A stretch of DNA of 64,000 nt, from contig CAXGSM010000001.1 of NCBI GenBank assembly GCA_964012435.1, positions 32,001 to 96,000 of the forward strand, read 5' to 3'. Source of the stretch: an uncultured bacterium. GTDB lineage: Bacteria; UBP7; UBA6624. This document shows, piece after piece, positions 19,333 to 29,614 of this stretch. The translations under genes and the position numbers were made by a program. The notes beneath the pieces were generated by a model. It did not search any database. It was not told the DNA's origin and saw only the letters and a list, made by a program, of their open reading frames with translations. Numbering within the stretch: position 1 is the stretch's first letter; each line of letters starts with the position of its first letter.

Positions 19333-22300
19333 CGACTGTACCTCAGTTTATTAACGCGAGTGCAGGCACAGGAAAGACAACAAGATTAGTAATTTATTAT
19401 TTGTATAAGCTTTTGCAAAGCTCTGATCCAAAGAAAATTATTGCTTGTACATTTACAATTGCGGCAACTAATGAATTTAAAAATAGAGTTATTGAGTATT
19501 TACGAGCACCAGATGAGGATTTGGAAAATTTATTTGAATCCTTTGGCCTTGAACCAATTTCAATTCCAACAAATAAAAACTCTTTTATACCTTTGTTGGA
19601 AATAAAAACATTAGATAGTTTTTTCTTAAGTTTGTTTTCAAAGAATTCAAATAGTATTTTTTATCGAGTTATGACTGATTTTGATTTTGAAAGAGTTTAC
19701 GAAAAGTCTTACAAAGATTGGATCATATCTGCAGAGGGATTTGAAGAGGCTTCATGGCATGGAAGGCTTAAGCAGGTTGTTAAGAAACTGGAGCCTTACG
19801 GCTTGGATGAAATAAAAAACCTTTTTAATTCTTCTAAATTTTTAAATTTAGATATTTTTTTGAAATCGAGAAAAGAAGCAGTTAGCAAGCTTTTTCTTGA
19901 AATTAAAGATTTATTACCTGATGAATTTAAGCCTACTCCAAAAAGTAAAGATTACATAAAATTAATTAATGATGCATATTTAAATCTTGATTTTTCAGAT
20001 ATTAATTCAAGAAAGCTTTTTTCCGAATTGTCAAAGCTTGAAAGACATTTTGGGTCAAGAGATGAGCTTTGTATTGACATAATGAAGAAGATATCAAAAT
20101 TTAAAAAGATATTGAGCAATTATGAAAAAAATGATTTCGAATACCAAGAACAATCTCTTTTAGCGCCAAAATTACTTGATTTAATTTCAATTTTTAAATC
20201 AAAAACAAATAAAGAAAGGCTTATGTCAAGTGGCTTTATATCAAGATCAATTTTACAAAGCTTGAAAAAAGAGGATTTTGATTTTGAGTGTGAACATCTT
20301 TTTGTCGATGAGTTTCAGGATACAAATCGAACCCAAAGCAAAATACTTAACAGCCTTAAAGAAAGATTTGGTTTTGATATTACATTTGTTGGTGATTACA
20401 AGCAGGCTATATATAAATTTAGAGATGCAAGCTCGCAAGCTTTTTTCGAGTTTGATAGCAAGGTTGACCAGAAACACAAGCAATATTTAAATTCTTCATA
20501 CAGGTCAAATAAGTCAGTTCTGGCTTCAACAAATTGGCTTTTTGAAAGATATTATGAAAATCCTGATTATTGGCATTTATTTTCAGATCCAAAATCATTA
20601 ATGTTTTCAAATGAGCAAAATTATCCTTTGACGATTTGGTCTTGTGAAAATGCTGAAATAAACAAAGGCATATGGAAAAAAAGCGGTAGCTTTGGGCGCA
20701 AGTCAAAAAACATAGAAAAAAGAACAGTTGATTGTGTTTCTTGGATAAAAGAAAAGCATCCAGATGAAAGCATTTTGGTTCTAGCAAGAAACTGGAACCA
20801 ATTGGGTAGGATCGCAAAAAGTCTCAATGCATCTGGCTTGAATGCAGTAATTGCCGGTAATCCAAATCTGATTAATGATGATGATATTGATCAGGATGTT
20901 GTGTATTTGAAAAAAATTATTAAGTGCTTGGTTAACCCTGATGATCAAATGCTTTTAAGTTCAGTGCTTTTAGGTAATTGTTTTGCTCATACATTAAAGG
21001 ATCTGGGTTCAAATGAAGGTTTAAAAGAGTCTATTAACTTAATTCAAGCTTATTCTTCTAGAGTTTATCATGGCGATTCAATTACTGCGGTACTCACAGA
21101 CTTCTTAAATGAAACTGGTTACCTTTATGGAATCAAGGGAGATTCACGATCTCATGAAAGAACTCTGAAAATTTTTGAATTTTTAAAAATTATGTTATCA
21201 CATGAGAAAGAAGGCAGTTTTGATAAATTCAGTGATACTTTAGAGTGGATTGATGTTTATTTCAGAACCCATTCCCCACCATCAGGGCTTTCTTCACCAC
21301 AGCCCATTGTTCTTAGGACGGTTTATGGAGCAAAAGGGCTTTCTGCTGATCATGTTGTTATTGTTAATCCGGATGAAAGGTGGCTGAAGAGCTGTTTTGA
21401 GGATCTTGAGTTTGAAAAGATTCTTCCATCTGACTCTTATTCTGAAGGAAATAATTCATTTGAGTTGATTTTGACTAATGATGGTGAGCTTGAATCAATG
21501 TGGCTTTCTTTAGGAAAGGGAGATAATGGTAAATATAAGATTTGGACCAATGAGTCTTTTATTGATTCTTGGGGTAAGAATGCAGGTGAATTTTATGATG
21601 AAGAAGTCAATTTGAATTATGTTTCAATGACAAGAGCTAGAAAAACAATGCATGCAATTTCAAATGGTTTTTATCATCCTCAAAAAACAAGAAAAGGAGA
21701 TTTGTTTTCTGTTGTTTATCGTTTGATTTTGGAAAATTTTGACAATTCATTTGAGGCTTTTTCAAATTCTTCTTTAGGTGAAGTCGATATCCCTATTCCT
21801 GAAAAATACATCAAAGAACAAGCTTCTCAGGGAAATTCTTTTGTTAAATATTTGTTCCCTAAATCCAGAAGGGCTAAAGAAAAATATAGGGCTTTGGATA
21901 GAAGTTTGTTAGACCCTAATTCAGATAATTTTGTTTTAAGTCAGAGGTCAAAAAAAGCAATACCATTAAGTGTTTCGAATGTTGATCAGGTAATCAAAGG
22001 TGATGCTCTTCATAAGGTGCTTGATATTTTTGGCCCACCTGTAAAAGATTCATGGTTGAAAGATGTTCAAAATAGCAGCATCAGTCATGTTTTCAATTTA
22101 GAAAAAAATGATTTTTACAGTTTGATAAGTGATTTTTCAGAAAAATTAAAAAAGAATAAAACATGGCTTGGCTTCACTGCTGATTTTTTAAACATATGGA
22201 CAGAATATCCTTTATGTGGATCATATGAAAAACAGTTTCAAAAAATAGATTTGCTTATCGAGCTAGAGGAAAAATTTATTATTATTGATTGGAAAACAGG

Positions 22301-22460
22301 CCAAAAAACTGATAAAAAAATTGATCAATATTCTCTTCAGGTTAATGCTTATAAAGACGTTTTGTCTAATTTCTTGAAGAAACAAAATGTTAATAAGGGT
22401 ATTGAGTGTTATATAGCCTGGGTTGACCAACGAGATTTGGTTTTTAATGAGGTTTTTTAA
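19329..22460 (+). CDS. addA: AddA-like UvrD helicase-nuclease
   Basis: ASAGTGKT, DEFQDTN, VGDYKQAIYKFR, YRS, AKGL, YVSMTRA; C-terminal IDLL...IIDWKTG...Q..AY nuclease. Confidence 0.85.
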   Translation: MTTVPQFINASAGTGKTTRLVIYYLYKLLQSSDPKKIIACTFTIAATNEFKNRVIEYLRAPDEDLENLFESFGLEPISIPTNKNSFIPLLEIKTLDSFFLSLFSKNSNSIFYRVMTDFDFERVYEKSYKDWIISAEGFEEASWHGRLKQVVKKLEPYGLDEIKNLFNSSKFLNLDIFLKSRKEAVSKLFLEIKDLLPDEFKPTPKSKDYIKLINDAYLNLDFSDINSRKLFSELSKLERHFGSRDELCIDIMKKISKFKKILSNYEKNDFEYQEQSLLAPKLLDLISIFKSKTNKERLMSSGFISRSILQSLKKEDFDFECEHLFVDEFQDTNRTQSKILNSLKERFGFDITFVGDYKQAIYKFRDASSQAFFEFDSKVDQKHKQYLNSSYRSNKSVLASTNWLFERYYENPDYWHLFSDPKSLMFSNEQNYPLTIWSCENAEINKGIWKKSGSFGRKSKNIEKRTVDCVSWIKEKHPDESILVLARNWNQLGRIAKSLNASGLNAVIAGNPNLINDDDIDQDVVYLKKIIKCLVNPDDQMLLSSVLLGNCFAHTLKDLGSNEGLKESINLIQAYSSRVYHGDSITAVLTDFLNETGYLYGIKGDSRSHERTLKIFEFLKIMLSHEKEGSFDKFSDTLEWIDVYFRTHSPPSGLSSPQPIVLRTVYGAKGLSADHVVIVNPDERWLKSCFEDLEFEKILPSDSYSEGNNSFELILTNDGELESMWLSLGKGDNGKYKIWTNESFIDSWGKNAGEFYDEEVNLNYVSMTRARKTMHAISNGFYHPQKTRKGDLFSVVYRLILENFDNSFEAFSNSSLGEVDIPIPEKYIKEQASQGNSFVKYLFPKSRRAKEKYRALDRSLLDPNSDNFVLSQRSKKAIPLSVSNVDQVIKGDALHKVLDIFGPPVKDSWLKDVQNSSISHVFNLEKNDFYSLISDFSEKLKKNKTWLGFTADFLNIWTEYPLCGSYEKQFQKIDLLIELEEKFIIIDWKTGQKTDKKIDQYSLQVNAYKDVLSNFLKKQNVNKGIECYIAWVDQRDLVFNEVF

Positions 22461-22462
22461 TT

Positions 22463-23452
22463 GTGAGTTTTAATAAACATTTATTTTTAGGATTTGAGGG
22501 TTTTAATCTTGATTCTGAATTAGAAGATTATCTAATGTGCTTCAAAGCAGAATCATTAATAGTGTTTTCTAGAAACTGGGACTCTCCAGAACAATTTAAA
22601 AAACTATTGAATTCGATTAGAGATCTTTACAACAGGAATGGCTTAGACCAACCTTTAATTGGTGTTGACCAGGAGGGGGGAAAGGTTCAAAGGTTTAAAA
22701 ATGGCTTTATTGACTTTCCTTCATTTTATTCATTAGGCCAAAAGTTTAAAAAAGATGCTTCGTTGGGTTATGTTTATGATTTGGCTCTAGAAAAAGGAAG
22801 GATGTTAAAGGGTCTTGGAATCGATATAAATTTTTCTCCGGTTTTAGATGTTGCTCGAAATAGAAATAATCCAATAATCCATCAGCTAGAAAGATCTTTT
22901 TCTGAAAATGAAAGAATTGTTTCATTGTTATCTGTGGTTTATTCAAGAGGTTTAATGGATTCCGGTATTATTCCTTGCGGTAAACATTTTCCAGGGCATG
23001 GAGGAACCGATAAAGATAGTCATTTAGAGCTTCCTGTAGTTTTGGACTACCCAGAAAAAATGTTTTGCGACCTTGTGCCTTTTTCATCTTTTATCAGTAA
23101 GGGTTTCAATATGCTGATGTCTTCACATGTTCTTTATCCTTCAATTGATCCTGATAGACCAGCAACATTAAGCCAAACAATTAATAAGGGTCTTTTGAGA
23201 AAAGGTCTTGGCTTCAAAGGCGTTCTAGTCAGTGATGACCTATGCATGAAAGCTCTTTATAGCAACAAGATAAAAGAGAAGTTTGATATTAATGATTTAT
23301 TCTTAGAGGCATTAAATGCAGGCAATGACATGGTTCTTGTTTGTCATGAGGAATATGCTAAAAAATTAAACCTAAAAATGCTCCAAAAAAAATCTAAAGG
23401 AAAATTTAGAGATTCAAAATTAAGAATTGATTTTTTAAAAAGTTTAACTTAA
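22463..23452 (+). CDS. nagZ: Beta-N-acetylhexosaminidase (GH3)
   Basis: DQEGGKVQR, KHFPGHG...DSH, SDDLCM. Confidence 0.92.
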   Translation: MSFNKHLFLGFEGFNLDSELEDYLMCFKAESLIVFSRNWDSPEQFKKLLNSIRDLYNRNGLDQPLIGVDQEGGKVQRFKNGFIDFPSFYSLGQKFKKDASLGYVYDLALEKGRMLKGLGIDINFSPVLDVARNRNNPIIHQLERSFSENERIVSLLSVVYSRGLMDSGIIPCGKHFPGHGGTDKDSHLELPVVLDYPEKMFCDLVPFSSFISKGFNMLMSSHVLYPSIDPDRPATLSQTINKGLLRKGLGFKGVLVSDDLCMKALYSNKIKEKFDINDLFLEALNAGNDMVLVCHEEYAKKLNLKMLQKKSKGKFRDSKLRIDFLKSLT

Positions 23453-23455
23453 TTT

Positions 23456-24379
23456 TTAGTTTACTGGTAATTCAGTAGTTTCTTTCTCTGGAACCTCTCT
23501 AATCAACCTGAATCCAATAAGTACATGTTTTGTATTTTCATCCCATTCCCTAAAAAAAGCAGTTCGACAGGTTTCAGGAATTGAATTCCAAGAGCATCCT
23601 TTAGTGATTGTTTTTGAAATTATGTTTTTGTCATTTGTTTCTGACTCTGTTGCTGTCCACTCCATCACATTTCCCATTGCATCAAGCAATCCGTAAGGGT
23701 AGGGGCTTTTGTCTTTTTCATATTCTCCCACCTTGCTGGTGCCTTTGCTTCCTGAGTTCAAATAGCTTGAATCCCATTTGTTTCCCCAAGGGTATGTTCT
23801 TCCATCCTTTCCTCTTGTCGCTTTTTCCCATTCATTAGCTGTTGGCAATCGGTATTTACAGCCATCTTGAATCGAAAGCCATTCGGCATATTTTTCAGCA
23901 TCCTTTTTGCTAACCAATACAACAGGATGATCTGCCATGCCTTCAGGATACCTGGTTCCATTCCATATGTATTTTTCAATCAAGTCAAAAGTGAATCTAG
24001 GTGATACTGGAAAGTCAAAATACATTTTTTGTTTCTCCCATTCTTCTATTGTTATTGAAGGAGATCTGTGTCCAGTCCATCTTACAAAAAGTCTAAATTC
24101 ACTTTGAGTAACTAATTTTTTACTTATTTCAAATTTTGAAGTTTCTTTTTCATGAAGATCAGGCTCTCTTTCAAAAATATTTAGAATACCAGCAATTTCA
24201 GGATTAATTTTTTGCTTTTCTTCGATAGATGATCCTGATTTAAACTTTCCAGCTTCTATCTTTGTGTAGTTTTTGTCTATTGTCGGACAAACAGGTTCCC
24301 TTTTTTCATAAGTGTCATCTGCAAAAATATTTAATGTAAAAGCAAATGAAAAGGCAAGAAGTGCGATTTTCTTTTTCAT
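23456..24379 (-). CDS. Exported SUMF1/FGE-sulfatase domain protein
   Basis: Signal peptide; HPVVLVS, RLPTANEWEKA.RG, YPWG, YGLLDAMGNVMEW, IGFRL. Confidence 0.88.
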   Translation of the reverse strand: MKKKIALLAFSFAFTLNIFADDTYEKREPVCPTIDKNYTKIEAGKFKSGSSIEEKQKINPEIAGILNIFEREPDLHEKETSKFEISKKLVTQSEFRLFVRWTGHRSPSITIEEWEKQKMYFDFPVSPRFTFDLIEKYIWNGTRYPEGMADHPVVLVSKKDAEKYAEWLSIQDGCKYRLPTANEWEKATRGKDGRTYPWGNKWDSSYLNSGSKGTSKVGEYEKDKSPYPYGLLDAMGNVMEWTATESETNDKNIISKTITKGCSWNSIPETCRTAFFREWDENTKHVLIGFRLIREVPEKETTELPVN

Positions 24380-24411
24380 ATTAAAAAGATGATACATTAT
24401 TTTTTAATAAT

Positions 24412-25389
24412 TTATTCTGAAATGGCATCAAAGATTCCATCTTTAACAAGTCTGGAGAAAAGCATAACCAATTCTGAATCAAGCTTTCCTGCTTGAGCCT
24501 CTTCTTGGAGTATCCTTATTGCAGTTTCTGGGCTCATTGATTTTTTGTAGCTTCTTGTTGTTGTTAAAGCGTCATATATATCTGCAATAGCCATTATGCG
24601 TGATTCTTTAGTTATCTCATCTCCTTTTAATTTATCTGGATACCCAGATCCATCTAGTTTTTCATGGTGGTGAAGAACTATGTCAACAACAGCTTTAAGC
24701 GATTTTAAGTCCTGAAGAATATCTGCACCTATAGATGGATGAAGAAGTATATGTTTCCATTCTTCTTCAGACAGTTTTCCTTCCTTGTTTAAAACTGCAT
24801 CTGGTACAGCAATTTTTCCAAGATCGTGAAGAAGAGCTCCTCTTTTAAGGTTTCTTAAATCCCATTCTTCCAGCCCAGCAGCTTCCCCTAACTTCACTGC
24901 ATATGTTGTGACTCTCTCCACATGTCCTTCTGTATACTTGTCTTTTGCTTCAATTATTTTTGCAGTCATTGCTATTACTGCATCAACGCTTTCAAGTTCG
25001 TCCAGAAGGTTTTTGCCTCTTAGCAGGTTTCTAACTCTTGCCATGAGTAATGATTTGTTGAATGGTTTTGTTATAAAGTCATCAGCACCAAGTTCAATCC
25101 CTTTAACATTGCTGTCTATATCTGATAATGCTGTTAAAAGTATTATTGGAATAAGCTCTGTTTCTCTGTTTGATCTAACATTTTCCAAAACTTGGAAGCC
25201 ATCTATTTTTGGCATCATGACGTCTAAGAGAACTAAGTCTGGATGTTTTTTATCAATTTGCTCAAGAGCTTCTTCACCATCTCTTGCCACCCTCACATCA
25301 TGTCCTCTGCTTACTAGCAAAGCCTCTAAAACTCTTACATTCATTTCATTGTCATCAACAACAAGAATATCCGCTTTCGGCATTGGCAT
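24412..25389 (-). CDS. Response regulator with HD-GYP cyclic-dinucleotide phosphodiesterase domain
   Basis: VVDD...LLDVMMP...KPF receiver; LLHDLGK, HHEKLDGSGYP; start 25389 chosen from an upstream TAGAAT box. Confidence 0.93.
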   Translation of the reverse strand: MPMPKADILVVDDNEMNVRVLEALLVSRGHDVRVARDGEEALEQIDKKHPDLVLLDVMMPKIDGFQVLENVRSNRETELIPIILLTALSDIDSNVKGIELGADDFITKPFNKSLLMARVRNLLRGKNLLDELESVDAVIAMTAKIIEAKDKYTEGHVERVTTYAVKLGEAAGLEEWDLRNLKRGALLHDLGKIAVPDAVLNKEGKLSEEEWKHILLHPSIGADILQDLKSLKAVVDIVLHHHEKLDGSGYPDKLKGDEITKESRIMAIADIYDALTTTRSYKKSMSPETAIRILQEEAQAGKLDSELVMLFSRLVKDGIFDAISE

Positions 25390-25428
25390 ATTTATCATTC
25401 TAATCATTGGATTAGGATAAGCGTAAGC

Positions 25429-27279
25429 ATGTCAATAAGAGCACGTTTATTATTACTTTTCCCTTTGCTGTTTGTTTTGGTTATAGGTATATCTGGAAGT
25501 ATAACTTTGAAAAAAATAAATGACAATATAGCTCGTTCTCAAGAAACAACAATTAATTCTCAAACACTTTTGCTTAAAAGATTTTTTAGAAATTATGGAT
25601 CCAAAACAAAAGATTCTTCTGCCTCCATAGCTGCTGATATGGGTCAGGCCGAGGAACCTTTAGAGAGATGGGGAAGGCTGAGCACTAAAACTGTAAAAGA
25701 AAATTTTGACTTAGTAGTTTTTCATGATCTTCCAAACAACACCTTCGCCTCTTGGGAAAAAAATGATTGGTTAGGTTTTGAAAAAGAGGATAAAACTTTT
25801 ATATCAAACCTTTCAGAGCAGCCTGTTTATGGTTGGGATTATTTTATGTTAGGCGATGAGCCAGTGGCAGTAGGCTATGCTCCTGTTTTTGACATCCCTA
25901 GTGGTGTATCCCAAAACGATTATGAAGCATGGCTTGAAGGTGATTTAAATGAATTAAAACTGGAAAGAATAGGTACTTTGGTTTTGGGTGTAAGAGTTAA
26001 GAGCACCATGATTCCGGAAGCTTTTAAGTACCTGACTGTCGAAGACATTCTTTACTTTAATAAAAATGAAACACCAACATCTTTTAAATCTTTTGAGGTA
26101 GAGCAGGTTATAGGAGAGGGTCCTGGCTCGGTTTCAAATTTTATTCAAGAAGAAATTGTTGAAAATGGCAAATGGGCAATAACTTATGACCAACCTTATG
26201 CAGTGCAAGGTTTTCCTTTGGTTGGGCCAAACAGTGGTGATGGGAAGGGTGCAGTTGTTATTGTGAGCAACATGTCTCAAGATATATCCATAGGCGAGGA
26301 ATTGTTTGCAGGCATGCAGATGCTTCTCGTTATTACTGTTTTAATAGCTGTAATAATCGCGATAATATTAGGAAGATCAATATCTAGACCCATTAGGGTT
26401 TTGGCAGATGCTGTAGAAGACATGGAGCCAGGAAAAGATATGAACATCTCTATAAGCAATAAGGCAAAAGATGAAATATCAATATTAGGTCGTTCTGTTT
26501 TTTCAATGCATAAAAGAATAGAAAACCAGGTTAACGAACTTGAAACATTAAATGAGCAAGTTTCATCTGCTTATGAATCAAAATCTAGGTTTTTATCAAC
26601 AATGAGCCATGAGTTGAGAACTCCTTTGAATGCAATAATAAATTTTTCAGAAATATTAAAAGAAAAAAGTTTCGGACCGCTCAAAGAAAGGCAAGAGGAA
26701 TTTATTGAGAATATTAATGAAAGTGCAAACCATTTGTTGGCATTGATTAATGATATCTTAGACCTTTCAAGGTCTGAAGTTGGAAAGACTAAATCAAATC
26801 CGGAAAAAATGCAAATAAGAGAAGTTTTAGAAAGCGTATTAAAAGAGCTTGAGGTTATAGCAGATAAACAAAAAATAATAATATCTTCAGAAATTGAAGG
26901 ACCAGGTGAATTGTGGTGTGACCCCAGGCATGCAAGGCAAATATTAACAAATTTGATAGGCAATTCAATTAAATACAATAAAGAGGAAGGAAGTGTAGAT
27001 ATTAAAATTTACCCCAATGAGGATCCTAGATTTATGACTGTTAGCGTGCGTGATACTGGTTTAGGGATACCCGAAGAGGAACAGGCATCTATCTTTGAAG
27101 CTTTCACCAGAGCAAAATCTACTGATAGGTCAGCTATATCTGGAACAGGCTTAGGTTTGGCTCTTGTTAAACAGTTAGCAGGATTGAATCAGGGTGATGT
27201 TTATCTAACTTCTTCTTCTGATGATGGAACTGAGTTTCATCTAATACTTCCTGTTTTAGATATTAAAAAAAGTAGGTGA
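25429..27279 (+). CDS. Membrane sensor histidine kinase (HAMP, HisKA, HATPase)
   Basis: Two TMs, HAMP (ISRPI..L..A, DEI..LG), MSHELRTPL, NLIGNSIKY, DTGLGI, GTGLGL. Confidence 0.94.
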   Translation: MSIRARLLLLFPLLFVLVIGISGSITLKKINDNIARSQETTINSQTLLLKRFFRNYGSKTKDSSASIAADMGQAEEPLERWGRLSTKTVKENFDLVVFHDLPNNTFASWEKNDWLGFEKEDKTFISNLSEQPVYGWDYFMLGDEPVAVGYAPVFDIPSGVSQNDYEAWLEGDLNELKLERIGTLVLGVRVKSTMIPEAFKYLTVEDILYFNKNETPTSFKSFEVEQVIGEGPGSVSNFIQEEIVENGKWAITYDQPYAVQGFPLVGPNSGDGKGAVVIVSNMSQDISIGEELFAGMQMLLVITVLIAVIIAIILGRSISRPIRVLADAVEDMEPGKDMNISISNKAKDEISILGRSVFSMHKRIENQVNELETLNEQVSSAYESKSRFLSTMSHELRTPLNAIINFSEILKEKSFGPLKERQEEFIENINESANHLLALINDILDLSRSEVGKTKSNPEKMQIREVLESVLKELEVIADKQKIIISSEIEGPGELWCDPRHARQILTNLIGNSIKYNKEEGSVDIKIYPNEDPRFMTVSVRDTGLGIPEEEQASIFEAFTRAKSTDRSAISGTGLGLALVKQLAGLNQGDVYLTSSSDDGTEFHLILPVLDIKKSR

Positions 27280-27285
27280 AAACAC

Positions 27286-27474
27286 ATGAAAGATCATGAT
27301 GAAATTTTTGCAAAAATATTAAAGAAAATTGATCAGAGGTTTATGTCCGGAGATTTAAATAATATTGAATCAGCCTTGCATCTTTTACTTCATAATGTTA
27401 GAGATGTTCCTGACAGGCCATGGAAAAATATAGTAAATTTTTTGGAATCTGAATACCTCTCTGATGAAGATTAG
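27286..27474 (+). CDS. Small hypothetical protein
   Basis: 62-aa ORF filling the gap between co-oriented genes; AGGTG upstream. Confidence 0.55.
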   Translation: MKDHDEIFAKILKKIDQRFMSGDLNNIESALHLLLHNVRDVPDRPWKNIVNFLESEYLSDED

Positions 27475-28612
27475 TTTTTTTATAGTATTGATTTTTTCTT
27501 TTTCGGCTTTTAAGACAGTAGCCATTAACCCTTGTGATTTAAAGATTGATCCAGTGGATATTTTAGTCTTTTTCAATCAAGAGCAAAGCTTTAGCGCAAG
27601 GGAGGAATTGTGGAAAAAATTTCGTTATGGAAATCAAGATTACAAAGGTTCTGCAGAGCAGAACTACAGACTTTCCAGATCTCTTTTAGGTAATATTGAG
27701 TATTTGAATTTCGAAAAACCTGATTCTGTTGTTGAGTTTTTAGATCTTTTGGGTATCGATTCAAGTTTTTCAAATCGCTCAAAATTGTATTCATTTTATG
27801 TAAAAAAACGTGATTTATACAGGGGTGAAAAGAGTCAAAATCAAGACATTATTGATGAAGTTATAAAAGCTATTTATGAAATTAGAGCGATAGAGGAAAA
27901 TGTGGAGGTTAAACCCTATAAGCAAGGTGTCATCTTGCCGGAAGAAAACTCATTGCTTGAAACTCTCTGGAAGCGAAATTTTAAAAATCAATCATGGAAA
28001 AAAGAAGATCCCGAACAGAAAAAACAACTTGAAACATTGCTTAAAACGAGACTTGTAAATGAAAATTTTGATTTTTCAAAACTAAAAGACATAATGCTTT
28101 ATCTGGGTTTTGTTGAGAATATTCAAAATAAAGATATTCTCTGGAGAGAAATGAGAAGATATTATCCTATTTATAGAAATAAAAATTACAGGAAAAGTAC
28201 TAAAAATGACAACCTGCTATCAGGATGGCTGAAAGAGAGGTATATGATCGGGCAAAACTCCACATTTTTTATTGAGGTTTTAATGACTGCATATAACCCT
28301 TTAGTTGAACAAACTGATTCAACCCCTTTTGAGGCTGCATCAGGAAAAATTGTTCGAGAGGGTTATGTTGCCGTTAGCAAGGATCTTGAATCAAGGTTTC
28401 CTTTAGGTTCATTTATTGAGATTGTGATTGTTTGTGAAATTAATCAAAAGGGTGACTGTCTCAATTCAGAATCAGAACAAATAGGTGATTTTTTTCGTTT
28501 GAAAATTGAGGACAGAATGCATCCTAGGAAAAAGAATCAAATTGATATTTTTTTCATGTGCAAAGAGGATGCAATTGATTTTGGCAGAAGAAAAGCTTTA
28601 TTGCTTTTTTGA
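27464..28612 (+). CDS. Secreted 3D-domain (MltA-like) protein with N-terminal DUF3597-like repeats
   Basis: Signal peptide; TAYN...QTDSTPF.AASG, VAVSKDL, IEDRM, IDIF...A..FGR. Confidence 0.8.
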   Translation: MKISFFIVLIFSFSAFKTVAINPCDLKIDPVDILVFFNQEQSFSAREELWKKFRYGNQDYKGSAEQNYRLSRSLLGNIEYLNFEKPDSVVEFLDLLGIDSSFSNRSKLYSFYVKKRDLYRGEKSQNQDIIDEVIKAIYEIRAIEENVEVKPYKQGVILPEENSLLETLWKRNFKNQSWKKEDPEQKKQLETLLKTRLVNENFDFSKLKDIMLYLGFVENIQNKDILWREMRRYYPIYRNKNYRKSTKNDNLLSGWLKERYMIGQNSTFFIEVLMTAYNPLVEQTDSTPFEAASGKIVREGYVAVSKDLESRFPLGSFIEIVIVCEINQKGDCLNSESEQIGDFFRLKIEDRMHPRKKNQIDIFFMCKEDAIDFGRRKALLLF

Positions 28613-28615
28613 GAC

Positions 28616-29608
28616 TCAACTCTTTCCAACATCATTTTTAAGGTGTTTCTCATTGAGTAATTGGCAAATTGCATAGTCTTTCGCTTTAACCTCACATTCC
28701 CACTTTATTTCACGATGTGCATCTGGCGGAAAATAATTAGTGCTAAAGTAGTCACGATGAGAACGAGGTTTGTCTTTTTTCCCTTGTGACCAGTGGAATA
28801 CTGGGTCTATGTTTTTAGGCCATGTTTCTAAGCATAAATTCATATTTTTTTCTAGGCTGTTACCACAGGTGTTGTTACATTCATCATGTAAATTGTCATA
28901 ACAAACAGGCACGCTTACGTTATATGTGTTTTTTATGTATTGGTGAAATATTAAAATATGTTTCACGCTAAAGAAACCCTTATCTTCATTCTCTATAGTA
29001 AGGCGATTACGAATCGAGCTTGAGCACTTCTTGAAGCCTTTGTAAAATCTTTCACCTAGTTCTTTTATCTGCTTTTCAAGATTTGCCTTTTTGTCGTTGG
29101 GGCTAGCATTTATATGGATATTAATAGGGCAAGTGTAATCTTTTGGCATGCCCATCATATCGATAATGCTTGCTTGAAAATCAAGCTCTTTAACGGTTTT
29201 GGAAACTGATTTTTTATTATTTGATGCAAGGACATTAAATTGATCAGGGTGGCTGCCAATGCTTATGGGTGATTTTTTAATCTGTGCCCCTAGGCATATA
29301 AGCTGTTTTTTAATGCCTGATGCATTGTCTAGCGCATTAAACGATAAATTAAGTGTAGGGTCTGTTAGTAATGGAAAGCCTGCACAGGTAAGGCGATAAT
29401 GAGCAATGCCTTTTTTTTCACAATGCTTGATTATCAATGAGGTAACTTCTATGTTTTTTGAAATCCTTTTTGACAATTCTTTGATTGCATAGTTGCGATT
29501 ATGCATCATTGTTAAATCGTTGAATCTTTTACGAGTCATGGTGCGAAATGAATTTTCTTTATCAACGCTCTTAAGCTGTTCTGATATGCAAACTAAACCT
29601 AATTTCAC
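28616..29608 (-). CDS. uvsE: UV damage endonuclease
   Basis: LGLVC, HPDQFNVLAS, RLTIENED, YDNLH, PVFHWS, ECEVKAKD. Confidence 0.9.
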   Translation of the reverse strand: MKLGLVCISEQLKSVDKENSFRTMTRKRFNDLTMMHNRNYAIKELSKRISKNIEVTSLIIKHCEKKGIAHYRLTCAGFPLLTDPTLNLSFNALDNASGIKKQLICLGAQIKKSPISIGSHPDQFNVLASNNKKSVSKTVKELDFQASIIDMMGMPKDYTCPINIHINASPNDKKANLEKQIKELGERFYKGFKKCSSSIRNRLTIENEDKGFFSVKHILIFHQYIKNTYNVSVPVCYDNLHDECNNTCGNSLEKNMNLCLETWPKNIDPVFHWSQGKKDKPRSHRDYFSTNYFPPDAHREIKWECEVKAKDYAICQLLNEKHLKNDVGKS

Positions 29609-29614
29609 AGAATT

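Noticed and set aside
16753..22460. Cas4 or helicase-nuclease anti-phage defence system
   Set aside because: Gene order, sizes and motifs fit housekeeping AddAB, and the pair is flanked by core genes
24908..25420. 170-aa plus-strand ORF and other antisense ORFs (e.g. 51767-52297, 26571-26978)
   Set aside because: They are fully antisense to well-supported genes and show no recognisable motifs
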